A stretch of DNA of 60,804 bases, counting the filler, from Sphacelaria rigidula (taxonomy: Eukaryota), in assembly GCA_964200075.2 (NCBI GenBank). It is 10 parts of 10 records of this genome, joined end to end, with 100 filler letters (N's around TTAATTAATTAA, not from the genome) between each part and the next. Parts side by side here need not be neighbours in the genome. Positions count along the whole stretch, not along the records: positions 12,183 to 18,173 come from CAXNAA020022970.1; positions 18,274 to 24,264 come from CAXNAA020022971.1; positions 24,365 to 30,354 come from CAXNAA020022972.1; 7 more parts are not named here. The stretch is one strand, 5' to 3'. The translations under genes were made by a program, and so were the position numbers. Numbering within the stretch: the first letter of the stretch is position 1; each line of letters starts with the position of its first letter. Below, piece by piece: positions 13,783 to 25,750 of this stretch. The notes beneath the pieces are model-generated. The model was not told where the DNA came from and made no database searches. It saw nothing but the letters and a program-made list of their open reading frames with translations.

Positions 13783-14065
13783 TTTTTTTTCTTCTCACAC
13801 TTTGAATCCCCCCCTTCCTCGGGATGAGTCCGTGGTCTCAAGGAATCAACCCATCTCTCCCCCGGTACGTGCCTTTCATTTTGATCTCGCGGATTGGATC
13901 AGCATTCCCGCACCGCGTCAACTCACGCCACACCAACCCAGTCGACTACTTTTGTTTACTCACGTTCCTACGCTTTCCACGGTGGAAATCATACATTACG
14001 AAGAAAAAACCCAAGGCATCGGGAATCGAACCCCCGTTCTCTCCACCCTAATGGCTTCACACCCA
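13783..14065 (-). mobile_element. SINE family B copy with A-rich tail
   Basis: Reverse complement has B box GGGTTCGATTCCC, a body homologous to 7795-8062, and ends TTCAAAGTGTGAGAAGAAAAAAAA. Confidence 0.72.
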
Positions 14066-14303
14066 TAAAACGACGGTAGGAAAACATCAGGCCATCAAAG
14101 GATTATCTGAGCGCATCAGGTCATTACTGTAGCTCCTAACGTATACGAGCCTCCAGAATGCTCTTGAGTTGCTGGTTTTGGTTGTAGTGATGTGGATGTT
14201 CTTCGAATCCTTTTGTCGTCTCCCGTGGGGAGCACGACAAGATATATCCGATGTATCTTGATGTAGGCATTATCCTCGTCAATATTTAAGCCCCTCACGC
14301 GTC

Positions 14304-14666
14304 GGTCGCCCCGGTGACTCGGTTGGTAACCTTGAATCTTTCTGACGGTCGGGTTCGAGTCTCGGTGCAGTCACAGATCTGGGATTTTTCTCACAAAACG
14401 CTCAACAGTGGAGAGCGACCACTTCCGTGGGTACACAAAATTCAACTTCATGGTCGACGAGGGAAAGGGACTGTTGGACCCCTCTTGTGATGAAGGACAA
14501 GGCAAGCACCATAGAGGGAAGGTCGAGTACAATGACGATATAACGAAGAAAACACGCCTCTGTTGGCCTTCCTCCTGCGTGACCTCGGCTGAGGCGCCCA
14601 TATAAACCGAAAGGTATAGGCTGGCGTCCAGAATAAATGGGATGACAACAAGCGCCACAAACACAC
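14304..14666 (+). mobile_element. tRNA-derived SINE family A, full length
   Basis: GGTCGCCCCGGTGACTCGGTTGG (A box), GGGTTCGAGTCTC (B box), conserved body, 3' GATGACAACA...ACACAC. Confidence 0.82.
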
Positions 14667-15394
14667 TTTCTCAACCTCTGCGGGACTCACCCAGCGATTT
14701 TGTTCCGAATTGCGGTGCCGTGATCAGAGAGTTACCCAATGAAAGGCAGTGTTTTCTCTTCCGAAGTTTTGTTCGCTGACAGTCCCTCGGCGTTTCAGAG
14801 GAAGACGTCAAAGGACGCCAGATGAACACAGACGTTTGGCATGAGTGTTGCACAAGGGAAAAGTGCTCCGTGGTGGAAGCTCATATGAGTAGGGCGGCGC
14901 GTGCACTGCTGCAAGTTTGACAGGATGGTGTTAGCGGTTTCAAACTCCCACACTGCCTTGGCCAAAGCTTTCCGGACGCTCGAGGCGCCTACCCCACTTG
15001 AGCGTCACACGTTGGTCTAGCCGAGCCTTCGGGTAATCGGCACGCGAACCCGCGGAATAAGTGCTGGGTGAGGTTCCCTCCTTCCTTAAAGGGGGGAAAA
15101 AAAAAGAGAAGGTAAAAGTGTTGACTAATATGCGTGCGGTACCGTTTGTCATAGCTAAGAAGGAAGAGTGTATATTCCTTCTGTGGCCTTGCATCGTTGT
15201 TTTGTATGTGCTGACGTCTTCGTACACTGATCGATGATTTGATTGATTGCCGCACGCTCACTGATCCACTACGAGTCACAATCCAGCCGTTTCCACAAGA
15301 CAGACATACCTGAGGCGAATGAACGGAAACGCTCGATGAAGCAAACTTGGTCACGGGAAAGTTCGAAAATTCGAAAGAAAAAAACAGGATTTAA

Positions 15395-15492
15395 CCCTTG
15401 GACCGCGGGGGTAGTCTATGTGGATCATGCATACTTTTTCAAGTGAATATTGATGCCGATTCAGCAGCTGACCCACCCTCGCGGTCAAAGGG
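15395..15492. mobile_element. piggyBac-type MITE (98 bp)
   Basis: TTAA|CCCTTGGACCGCG...CGCGGTCAAAGGG|TTAA: TTAA target duplication and CCC-starting TIRs. Confidence 0.85.
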
Positions 15493-17307
15493 TTAAGAAA
15501 TGACGAGATAGACTAATTGAAAATGAAAAACAAAAGGGGGGCGCGCATACTTCTGAAAAAGAGGAATCCTCGAAATGCAGGAGCAAGAAGCCTGAACACG
15601 AAACTCAGGGGGGGAAAACATGAAAAAATTGTGCTATGCCGGATGAACAAGCCTGACCTCTGGGTGACCGACAATAGGATACTCCAATAGAAACGGAGAA
15701 CAACAGACACGCCACCCCGCGGTTGGGGGTGCTACACTGCGTTGTAAACATCACACAACGATCAAACTTGAAAAACTTGCGAAGTTGTACCAGGATGAAA
15801 GTGTTTTCACAGTAGTAAGCGTAGTGGAGTCAGTCAACGGTACATCCAAAACAACCCTGAGTGTTTGATTCCACCCCCTCCCCGACTCGCTGCTCGGGGA
15901 GAACGAAACCCGGTACCCACGGTGTCGTGAGTTCGCTAGATGTCGGCTCCAAGCTCTCGGCCAGGGTTCATTGCAAGTCGAGATCTCGTTTGAATTCCAG
16001 ACGCCCAGATATCCATACTAGAGGCGGGATCGCTGCTCAATCCAACATACAGAAGAGCAAGTTAGTTATCTTTCTTGACAAAACAAGACCGAGGGTGAGA
16101 AACAGTCTCGCTTGTTTCATCAGAGTACTGCCTCCCCTGCTGGTATTGTACTATAGTACAGTCCTGCTGTACTGTCCGTGTGGCGAATCCATGCTACTGC
16201 AGCTGGCCGTGTCGGAGAGATTCAGGTCAACTTTTTGCATTATTGCGAAGGTGTATGTTGTATGCTGCATGTTGTAGTGTATATATATATATATATATAT
16301 GTAGTGTGCACTGTCGCCTGTTGTGTGTACGTCCCCAATTTGTCATGGACGATACGGGATGCGTCGAGCGGGTTTCTCCATTTTTGCAAACATCACCACA
16401 GTACGTGATCAAAGCCAATGCCAAAAACATACGACTGTCCAACCAAGTGGTATACCTGCTGTACTACCAGGATACGCACTGATTAATTTCGCTTGTCGCG
16501 CCAGCTGCTGTAACACTCGTTGCTTGTTGCTCGTTGTTGCCACGAGAGCGCGGACGTGCATTACCGCAGTAAACGTCCATCGACTGCAATCAACACGCTG
16601 GAGAGATTGACACATGGATACGACAGAGAGTAGAATGCATAGGTCCAGAGGTACTCACCATGTTCTCTGCTTCGTTGACCAGCACAAGACAGTAATGTAC
16701 TGGCTGTATCCTCTTGTTACATGCCTTACCGTCCATCGTCTGGGATAAAATATTCTTGCTTTTTCATGCAAGTATTCGTTCTAAAATTTTCGCCACGTCC
16801 TGTTCGTCGAGCGAAGCCACTCCCATACCGCTGTACCGACGACGAAAGGTTCGTCACTAACTGAGACAACTACTATGAAGCTACGAAATACATAAAGCCT
16901 TCGCAACTAGAACCAGTTGTAGTGTGAATGGAGTGATCAGCTGCTATTTTGAACCCAGTTTTCAGTCTCTGAATCACTCAAATTGGCATGGGTTATTACA
17001 ACGCGGGGGTTGCAGTCTAAGGGGGGTGATATTCAAATACTGGAAAATGACACACTGCAGTGATTCAGCGGGATATTTGAATGCATAGGCGCAGCTACAC
17101 GGTTTCTCCGTAGGTATTTGGGCGCTCAATGTAGCTCCTTCGACCTCACCAGTAATATTTTCCAGCTCCAGGTTTGCTAGCCCTCACTCCATGTGCCCAA
17201 TCCATATGCCCAACCCTGATCCACCTCTCTCGACCCGCAAATTTCCAAACCCCGCCCCGCCAATATCTGTGAGCGAAATATTTCGGGAATTTCCTCAACA
17301 AATGACG

Positions 17308-17396
17308 GTTCTGTGAGTTCTGTAAGCTTCCCGTACCCGTCACCGACAGTTCTTTGAGTTCTGCCAGCTTCCCATACCGGTACCCGACAGTTCTGA
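17308..17396. repeat. Two-copy ~42-bp tandem repeat
   Basis: GTTCT.TGAGTTCTG..AGCTTCCC.TACC.GT..CCGACA occurs twice. Confidence 0.7.
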
Positions 17397-18753
17397 GTGA
17401 TCTGCGCGAAACACAGGGGCACGGCTACACCCTTGTAGAGATACTCAGTTGCGAGTAATGGTTTCTCTACAACCTCCAGATTCACGTCTCGTGATCGGTC
17501 AGTTTGATACCACCACTAAAGAAGATCGCCGGAACCAACGGTCTGTCAAAAAAGGATTTCTGGACACGTGGAGCTATAGGGCTCAGGATAAAAAATCCGA
17601 TTTTTTTAGTGTGTGTGGGGGGGACACCCATTCTGCTGTCCCCTAGTTTATTGACGAGACGTCGGCGGATGCGGTCAGCTGCCGCGTACAAAGATCCTTG
17701 ACCTGGAGACCAATAAGATGGGGGACACGCTGCCCCCCCAAGCTCATCACTTTCCATGATTACGTTTATGGGATCATGTTCCGTGTCGTATGCCTCGAGT
17801 ACCTGCCAGTAGTCCGGGCAAGTTTGGCGAGGCGTGAGATAAATAAAGTTGCTACTTCGGCTACAGGCTGTCGCTACCGTGCGCTCGCTCGTGTGCATAC
17901 ATATGTGTGAGCGTGGCCGGCATCCGAGATCATCGGGATAGAGCGGGCAAGGAGCAGAAGCAAATATACGGACCTCGCAAAGCCCAACAGACTGTTCGCT
18001 TCTCGTCAGTGTTTCTTGATAATTTCTCTCGAAATATTGACAAAAAAAAGTAAAAAATCATGACAATTTTCGAAAAACTGCTCTCCGGGAGGGGGGGGCG
18101 GGGGGGGGGGGGGGGGGGGGGGCCCCGGGTTCGAAAACCTTCCCCCGACAGCCCCTTCCCGAAACCTTTTTTTNNNNNNNNNNNNNNNNNNNNNNNNNNN
18201 NNNNNNNNNNNNNNNNNTTAATTAATTAANNNNNNNNNNNNNNNNNNNNNNNNNNNNNNNNNNNNNNNNNNNNCACGGCCACACGGGGGGGGGGGGGTAA
18301 AAAAGAGAGTATGACGAAAAAAAAAAAATTCCCCCCCCCCCCCCCCCCCCCCCCTCCCACGCGCCCTGATGTTGACACACTCATGAGGCAGAGTGTAACC
18401 CTTCGCTGTTCCTGGGAGCGGCGATACTAGAAGATGAAACAACTCACTGTATGCTGTCCTTCATATGCAAGATGATCTATAAGCTATGAGACGATCAACA
18501 ATCTTAACAGGATGCAGCTCAACCTTCACGCGACTCGCCGAACAACACATCACGGCACTTCACACCCGGTGATTGATTGTGATCCTGGCCCGGCGAAAAC
18601 CCGGCGTGCTCCGTCCCGGCTTTCTAGGGATGCCAGGTCAATGGTCCTACAACTTCGGTATGCAATATTATGAGTACACGCCCCCCAGCTCCCCTCCCCC
18701 CCAATGGTTTCATGGCTACGGCATGCAATAACAGTGATTACACCAGGTAAGCC

Positions 18754-19096
18754 GGTCGCCCCGGTGGCTCAGCTGGTAACCTCAAAACCTTTTGACGGTT
18801 GGGTTGTGGGTTCGAATTTCGGCACGATCTGGGATTTTTCTCTCAGAGTGCCCAACAGCGGAGCGCGACTATGTCGTGGGTAAAAACAATTCGAATTCAT
18901 GGTCAACGAGGGAAAGGGACCGTTGAACCCCTCTCGCGATCCAAAATAAAAGGCAAGCACCGCAGAAGGAAGATGGAGTATCAAAACAAACAAAAAATAA
19001 AAACTTCTGTGTTGGCCTTCCTCCTGTGTGACCCCAGCTGGTGCGCCCACATATACCGAAAAGATGTAGACCGGCGTCTAGAATGGATGGGATGAC

Positions 19097-19137
<41 letters not shown>
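18754..19137 (+). mobile_element. tRNA-derived SINE family A, full length with (CA)n tail
   Basis: A box TGGCTCAGCTGG, B box GGTTCGAATTT, body homologous to 14304-14666, long CA tail. Confidence 0.85.
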
Positions 19138-19139
<2 letters not shown>

Positions 19140-19175
19140 CCGCCCTCAGTCGTACCGTAGGACAGATGAACTTAC

Positions 19176-19289
19176 CTCTTCCAGGGCAGCCGCCGCCTTG
19201 TGTAGATCTCTCTTGGCCCTTTGCACCATCTGTTCACTCTTTTCCAGTTCGGTCCGTTTCCGCTGCTCATCCGCCACGTCCGCCAGCTC
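19176..19289 (-). CDS. Putative internal exon (38 codons), coiled-coil protein of unknown identity
   Basis: CAG| acceptor and |GTAAGT donor, 114 nt, ELADVADEQRKRTELEKSEQMVQRAKRDLHKAAAALEE (charged, helical). Confidence 0.55.
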
Positions 19290-19654
19290 CTGTGCGTTAA
19301 TTTTCATTTTTGGAGAGGGGAGGGTGGTACAGTCAGTTCTCATTCTACAGAAATAAATACGAGGAAAATGCGTACAATAGTTTGATGTAATAATTGATAT
19401 TTTCACACCTTGACACGTCATTAAAATTTTCTTCTTGTCGCTCTCAAACTTTACCTCCAGAGATCATTGACCCCCTCGTCTCTACGAGCCTCTTCACTAT
19501 GTTCATCCTGTGCTGGTAGGGGGGAGGTCAAGGAACGAAATGTGTATGTCTGTGAGCTTGTGCGTGTGAGCGTCCATGTATATAACGTATACACGCGAGT
19601 GTTTCATCTCACCCCGGACTCGCCCCGAGCAAGGGAAGGGGTCAAACGTACAAA

Positions 19655-19793
19655 CCCTGGAACATGACAATGGAATACATCGTAAAAAAATGTACTGTAC
19701 ACAGTATCGACTATTGCGCCCATGAGAGCAGAAAACAGATTCCATACTGTATGCAGTACATTTTTACAATAGAATCTATTGTCCAGGTTGTGC
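19655..19793. mobile_element. ~140-bp hairpin MITE, TIR consensus ACCCTGGACAAT (other copies 25964-26100, 26915-27058)
   Basis: Three related copies in two contigs, each CCCTGGA...TGTCCAGG with largely self-complementary arms. Confidence 0.7.
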
Positions 19794-19854
19794 AAACGTA
19801 CGGGGACGAGTACAGAAGACGGCGGTCTAACTATTTAGGGGTGTTTTAGGCATT

Positions 19855-20335
19855 TCCTCGCGTACTACCCTTCGATAAAACTCGAAACTGCTAGCGTCGG
19901 TAGATTTTGGTACAATGAACAGATCATCCTCGAAACACAGTGCCCAAGTCAGTGCCAGTTGGTGTTATCGGGCGAAACGAGTAAATACCCCGTTTATCAG
20001 GAGGGTGTTATTGACCGTGATACACAGTTTTTCTGCCCTAGTGCAATAGGTAGGCAGAATTTCTGGAAAAGAAAACTGTACATTTTTTTCACAAATATGA
20101 TTGGAACAGGCTCGATCGACCGAAAATACAGAAGAGAAGGGATCTGGGCTGAAACGTGGCAGGAGCCCCGATGATCGGTCAGCCCGTAAGTCCCTCAATG
20201 TAGAGTACAGATGTTTTTATCCTCTTGGGATGTGAAGCGGGTACAAATATCTTCAGATCTCCATGTGATAGGCGATGGGAAGCGAAAAGAGTCCGAGAAA
20301 ATCGACAATTACGAAAATCACAAAATGCCATCAAA
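19855..20335 (+). repeat. Dispersed ~450-bp repeat family (copies 36555-36975, 47710-48200, 56905-57235; end fragment 5918-5991 on -)
   Basis: Shared blocks GTCGGTAGATTTTGGTACAATGAACAGATC, CAGGAGGGT.TTATTGACCGT and CCCCGA.GATCGGTCAGCCCGTAAGTC in different contigs; no ORF; likely a non-autonomous transposon. Confidence 0.8.
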
Positions 20336-21993
20336 TGAATAGTTAGACCGCCCACTACTGTATATCCTTGTTGACTAATGTAGCCATGACGATGATAGGA
20401 GCGGTGATGGTATAGTCTCTTGAGAACATTTTTCGATACGTTTCTCGAGTGAGGAGTACCATACGTGTGTACAAATATGGTGGTGGTATGGAAAAAAAAA
20501 CGGATTCCACCTGCATCGAGTTACACTGTTGTAGACACACGATATGAGTGCATGTGCTTTTTTTGCGCAAAGTATTTTTTACCCGAAGCCATGTTGCAGA
20601 GGATGACCATTTCTAGAATTTTTTTCCCCGTATTATTATTTATTCGATTGTTTGTTCCGTCTGTTCTGTTTTTTTCATTCTTCTTCAGCCACTGTTCCCG
20701 TTTTTGTTCATCTTGCGTACGTCCACCTTGTGGATAATCACGGCTGGGTCTCTCGGGGGTCAAATAATGTGCGACAATCATTCAGATCAATCAAATCAAC
20801 ATAAACGTCGCCGTTGGATGAACCCTTCAGAAATGTCAAAATTTTGGGAGGTGGGATGTTATCTGCTGCAGGACCTCTCCGGCATTATAAGTAAAATAAA
20901 CAAAAACAAGAGTAGATAAAATAATAAAAAAATCATACGGTGCAAGCAAGCAAGCAAGCACACATGGGAATTAAACAAAAGACTTTCCATCGACTTACTT
21001 CGCAGAGTGAAAGTCAAGGTTTCCACACACTGGAAAATGACCATATACTACGTTGTCAAAAAAGTATACCGCGTACGGTTTCGACGATTGCATCTATTGC
21101 AACATGCAATAGACTCCATACAGCACCCCGTACATATTTTTACAATGTAACCCACTGTCATTATCCAGGATGTGCAAGGATCAACATGCTGTCTATCTAG
21201 CGAGCGCATTTCACACTCACTGTTGAGCAGATTGAAACGATTGCATGATTGTCGCACATTACCTAATCCCCCCAAGATACACGTACCCCAAGGTATGAGT
21301 TAAAAAAACATGGCAGCACTCGCGTCCATCGTCGGAAACGTCCGTGTGTTCACTGGTTCCACGATAGGGGTGCACTTCTTTGACCAAATCTTGCACACGC
21401 CGAACAGCTCATGAGCTATTATACCTGAAGTAATTAACTGAATAGACATCTCAGATCCATTGTACAAAAACACAAAAGACGTGACAGCAGTGTCCGAGAA
21501 GCCAAAGTGTGACCTTTCCGCTACACGCCGTGCTCGGCGCCCATCGCAGTCGGGGGCTAATACGGAAGTAGCAGCCAAATGAGCTATTATAGCTCATGAT
21601 CCGGATCAGTGCTCTGACAAGAAGTAGTATCCCGGTAGCTCATGAGCTGTCTCACGTGTAAAATCATGTATGCGGTATTTCATACATTGTGTTGATAAAA
21701 CAACGACAAATCTCATAATTTGCAATGGTTGCCTGGGAGAAGATCGCCTCGAGTTCATCGTGACTTGGACTTCGTACACAACGGTGTCATCATCATGGGC
21801 AAATGCCTGAATCCAGCATCGCTACCCAGAAATTTGTTGTACACCCCTACCGTAGAACCACCCTGTTTCTTCGGGTGCGAGGCAAAGGCCAGGCAGAGGC
21901 TAGGTAAAGGCCAGGCAAAGGCAAGGCAAGGACAAGGCACCCTGGCCTCCATTCGACGCAGCCGGCCATTCCCAAATACACCCATCTCTCGTC

Positions 21994-22250
21994 GTCGACT
22001 AATGCCGAGATAGCCCCCCCCAAAAAAAAGTGCACCGGAAACCGTCTGAGAAAACGGCTGCGAACCCACTATTGGGCTCATTTGCAGCAATTTCGCCCAC
22101 ATGAGAGGCGTGTAGCAGTCCGAAATCAGCTATAACGCCCAAATGAGTCGCGTCGTGCAGCACGAAACCAGCTCTAACGGCATTCATTATCATCGCCTCC
22201 GTGCACTTTTTTAGACGGTTCGGGGGGGAGGGTTATCTCGGCGGCAGTCC
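21994..22250. mobile_element. MITE-like element with imperfect TIRs
   Basis: GACTAATGCCGAGATAGCCCCCCCC..AAAAAAGTGCAC..AACCGTCT versus GTGCACTTTTTTAGACGGTT.GGGGGGG..TATCTCGGCGGCAGTC. Confidence 0.55.
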
Positions 22251-22870
22251 GTCAAAATTGCTCACTTTCCCCGCCGATAGATCAATCACGAGTTTTTACT
22301 GTTTTAGAGACACTGGGGTTCCTGACGACCATGACTGTTGACCCTTTGACCGCGAGGGTAGGTCACCTGCTGAATCGGCATCAATTTCACCTTGAAAAAG
22401 TATGAGTGACCCATATGGACTACCCGAATCGCGGTCTGAGGGTTATTGACGTCAATATTTTCGGCTTGCCCATTTCTTTCCGCAGAGATCTAGACCATGT
22501 CCAGTTGTCAAAATTGCTCACGTTCCCCACAGATAGCATGTACCCATTTCTGTCGATTTGAGAGACACGGGGGTTCCTAACGACCATGGCTGTTCAAACC
22601 CTTTGACCGCGAGGATAGGTCACGTACTGAATCGGCATCAATTTCACCTTGAAAAAGTATGAGTGATCCTGATGGACTATCCGCATCGCGGTGTAAGGCT
22701 TAATGACGTCAATATTTTCGGCTTGCCTCATTTTTTTCCGCAGAGATCTAGACCATCTCCCGTCGTCAAAATTGCTCACGTTCCCCACAGACATCATGTC
22801 CCTAACGACCGTAGCTGTTGATGACGTCAATATTTTCGACTTGCCTATTTTTTTCTCCGCGGAGATCTAT
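22251..22870. repeat. Tandem triplication (units start 22251, 22507, 22765); units 1-2 carry the piggyBac-type MITE (22342-22442, 22599-22699), unit 3 lacks it
   Basis: GTCAAAATTGCTCAC recurs at 256-258 bp spacing; the MITE is homologous to 15395-15492. Confidence 0.85.
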
Positions 22871-23346
22871 AGGGTGCCTCCACCTGAAGGATACAACGTA
22901 GCAGACCTGCTCAGGCTCCGCACTACAGGGGGTACTACAGCACGAGCTTAATGCATTTTTTCTCAGAGCATCTTGCATGTGTCATGACACATTTTTCGTC
23001 AACTATCTCATGTAGGCCATGGTCCTTACAAATAAAAAACGGAGGACATCATCCCCCCCTCGCCCTACAGTGCTTGCCACCGCGCCCCGGTGTGTAAATT
23101 AGAATGATATAACTGACACTATTACTAGGGGGGAAAGAACGCGGATTCGTTTCCCGCCACATGCATTTGGTATTGTCTTTATTCAAAGCATTTGATTTGC
23201 GTCCACCCATCGTTGGAAGCGTCAGGACGTGAATAGCAAAAAAAAAGAAAAGAGTTCGGCCTCTTGGCGAGAGTCAATGCGATACCGGAATGCTTACCCA
23301 ATCTGCGAGACGAAAACGCAAGGCGTGTACCGCGGAGCAGAGATGG

Positions 23347-23437
23347 GTATATCTATATCCATATCTACATCTACATCTGCATCTACATCTACATCCATAT
23401 TTATGTCTATGTCTATATCTATATATGTATCTATATA
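23347..23437. repeat. (ATCTAY)n hexamer-like simple repeat
   Basis: ATCTAC/ATCTAT/GTCTAT array adjoining a retroposon-like 3' tail (23438-23505, inverse homolog of 20740-20800). Confidence 0.8.
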
Positions 23438-25174
23438 TTGATTGATTGTCGCACTTCAACTGACCCCCCAGGGGTCCAGCCGTGGTCACATAATGGACAT
23501 ACCCAAGAAAAGCAAAATAGAAACACTCGCCGAATAAAAGGAGGAGCACAAAAAAGTCGAACAGACCGACATAGTAGACAATATATATATATATATATAT
23601 ACCTGTATCCCTTGAGACCACGGGTTCGTTCGTCCCGAGGAAAAGGGAGGGGTTGTAAAAGTGCCGAAAAAAAATTAAAAAAGAGCATCTTGCGTTGGTG
23701 ACGAATATTATAAAATTATTTTGTGTAGACCCTGGCCCTTCTAAACAAAGGCATGTGGACCGCACATTGTTTCCTCCTCGGATATTGAAATTGTTGGTGA
23801 TACAGTAGACTAAAATAGTCTGTGTTGCAAGTCAGTGGTGATCCAACACACAGTCTAGGCAGTAGTGAGTCATGCAGACAGTGCTGATCCCCAGGCTCAA
23901 CCCTGCAGCTGCGGAGTTTAGAGAGTGTACTGGGTAGCCAAGCTAAACCCCGCAGCTGCAGAGTTTTACCCGGCGTTGAGACACTGTCGCGGAAAGCACG
24001 TTGATGGCGACGAGACACGAGTGAGCAGGTGCCACATTCGGCGGACTTGAGATGGCGGCCGACGCGGGCTGGGAAGGCTGCACCCATCCCGCGAGTCCAA
24101 AAGGCGAGGCAAGTACCATGACCGCCGAGCCGAAAACAGTACCGCACGAGAAAAGGGCCTCGTACAAAGGAGTGGGGCATGTCTCAGTTCCCTCTTACAT
24201 ATCTTATCCCCGTCCTGTTTCGCCGTCTCTGGCCACCATCCATCCCCTAGTATAGTTATCGTTTNNNNNNNNNNNNNNNNNNNNNNNNNNNNNNNNNNNN
24301 NNNNNNNNTTAATTAATTAANNNNNNNNNNNNNNNNNNNNNNNNNNNNNNNNNNNNNNNNNNNNGATCTGTGCAGAATGCGTTTTTGTCTAGATCGGCGC
24401 CTGGGGCGCCGATTTGAGGTCTGGCAACGCACACTTCGCCCGAGGGTTCTCGGTATGTCTTCGTTGGGGTTAGGGCAAGGGTTAGGGTACGGGTTAGTGG
24501 TATTCGAAATGCATCAGCACCTGCACAAACCATAAGTTTCTGAGAAATATATGTCAACGACCAAGTGGTGGAGTCACCTCGATAGCTGTGTGCGTTGCGT
24601 GATGGCACGGGTCATAGTTTGGAGAAGAAGCCGGAGCAGCTCATGGGCTGAGCACGGTAGTCACTGTGGGTCATGGATACCTTTTTTTAGTGAAATCGAT
24701 GTCACTTCAACAGATTACCTACTTTTCTCGCCGTCAAAGGGTTGATGGAGAGCGGCGGGAGAAAATTGTCGCGTCTTCAGATTGCCATATGAGCATGGTG
24801 CCGGTTCGATTTTCATGTGAAATCGATGCCGATTCCACGAAAAACGTTTTTTTGTTTCGTTCTCAGCCCGAAGAGGAATATGGATGATGGGGGTACACAC
24901 AAAGACTCAACACAGCCCATCACAATCAAAGGTGAATCTGACGAATTGACCGCCCCCGCAAACCAAGAACACATACAGTGGCAACGAATTTCACCATTTG
25001 ATCGCCAACCAAGAAACGAATTGACCGCCATGATAGGTCATCTGTTGTTGACTTGGCACCACTTACTCGGACTTGACAAAATACTGTGTGGCCCAGATGA
25101 CCTACCCTACCGGTCAAGGGATTAAAACAGTAAAAACGAAGTGAAGTCGAGACCATGCGATATACATGCATGAT

Positions 25175-25633
25175 AGGTCTGTGCGTGACGTGTCACACAG
25201 AAGGAGGCCGCCACAGGAAATTCCGTGGTGCTCGCCTTATTCTTTCATCGCGAGAGAGGTTCAGCGGTTCCTTTCCCTCGTCGACCGTGGAATCGAATCT
25301 TGTCTGACCACGACAAAGTCGCCGTATGCTGTTGGGTATGGTGTGAAGCGTGTCTTGGCACCTCATTTTTTGATCGAAAAATTGCGATGGAAAACAAATA
25401 TTTTGATCTGATAGGTCGTGATTTCAACCATTTTCAAAATAAACTACGACAGCTGAAGTCATAATCTATCAGATTGCAGTTTTTCGTTTCCACCGCACAT
25501 TTTCGATCGAAAAGTAATGTGCAAAGACACGCCTTGAGACGAAATCCCAGATCGTGTGACTGCACTGAGGTTCGAACCCACGACCCAACCGCCATGAGGT
25601 TTCGAGGTTACCAACTGAGCCGCCGGGGCGACC
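25175..25633 (-). mobile_element. SINE family A copy interrupted by a MITE
   Basis: Head GGTCGCCCCGGCGGCTCAGTTGG...GGGTTCGAACC at 25633-25540; the body resumes at 25346 and runs to ~25175. Confidence 0.8.
25347..25534. mobile_element. MITE with 3-bp TSD (PIF/Harbinger-like)
   Basis: TGA|AGCGTGTCTTGGCAC...GTGCAAAGACACGCCT|TGA; homologous element at 60444-60634. Confidence 0.75.
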
Positions 25634-25716
25634 GTCTGCAGACTAAAATATAAAAAAAATAGAAACGGTTGTTTTTGGCGCCTCATGACGAAAAAAACCC
25701 ATGTACGGCAGAGTAG

Positions 25717-25750
<34 letters not shown>

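Noticed and set aside
18754..18830. tRNA gene (also 14304, 25633, 7765)
   Set aside because: A/B boxes are present, but no convincing cloverleaf, and each continues into a shared SINE body.
19455..19507. Small AG/GT-bounded exon upstream of the coiled-coil exon
   Set aside because: The frame needed to join 19289 in phase 0 contains a stop.
21999..22193. Tyrosine-recombinase-like motif (GVIADFGLLHAS)
   Set aside because: Lacks the catalytic Arg and downstream H-x-x-R; lies inside a MITE-like inverted repeat.
22251..22870. Repeat-spacer-like array
   Set aside because: Whole ~257-bp units are duplicated; explained by tandem duplication plus a MITE.
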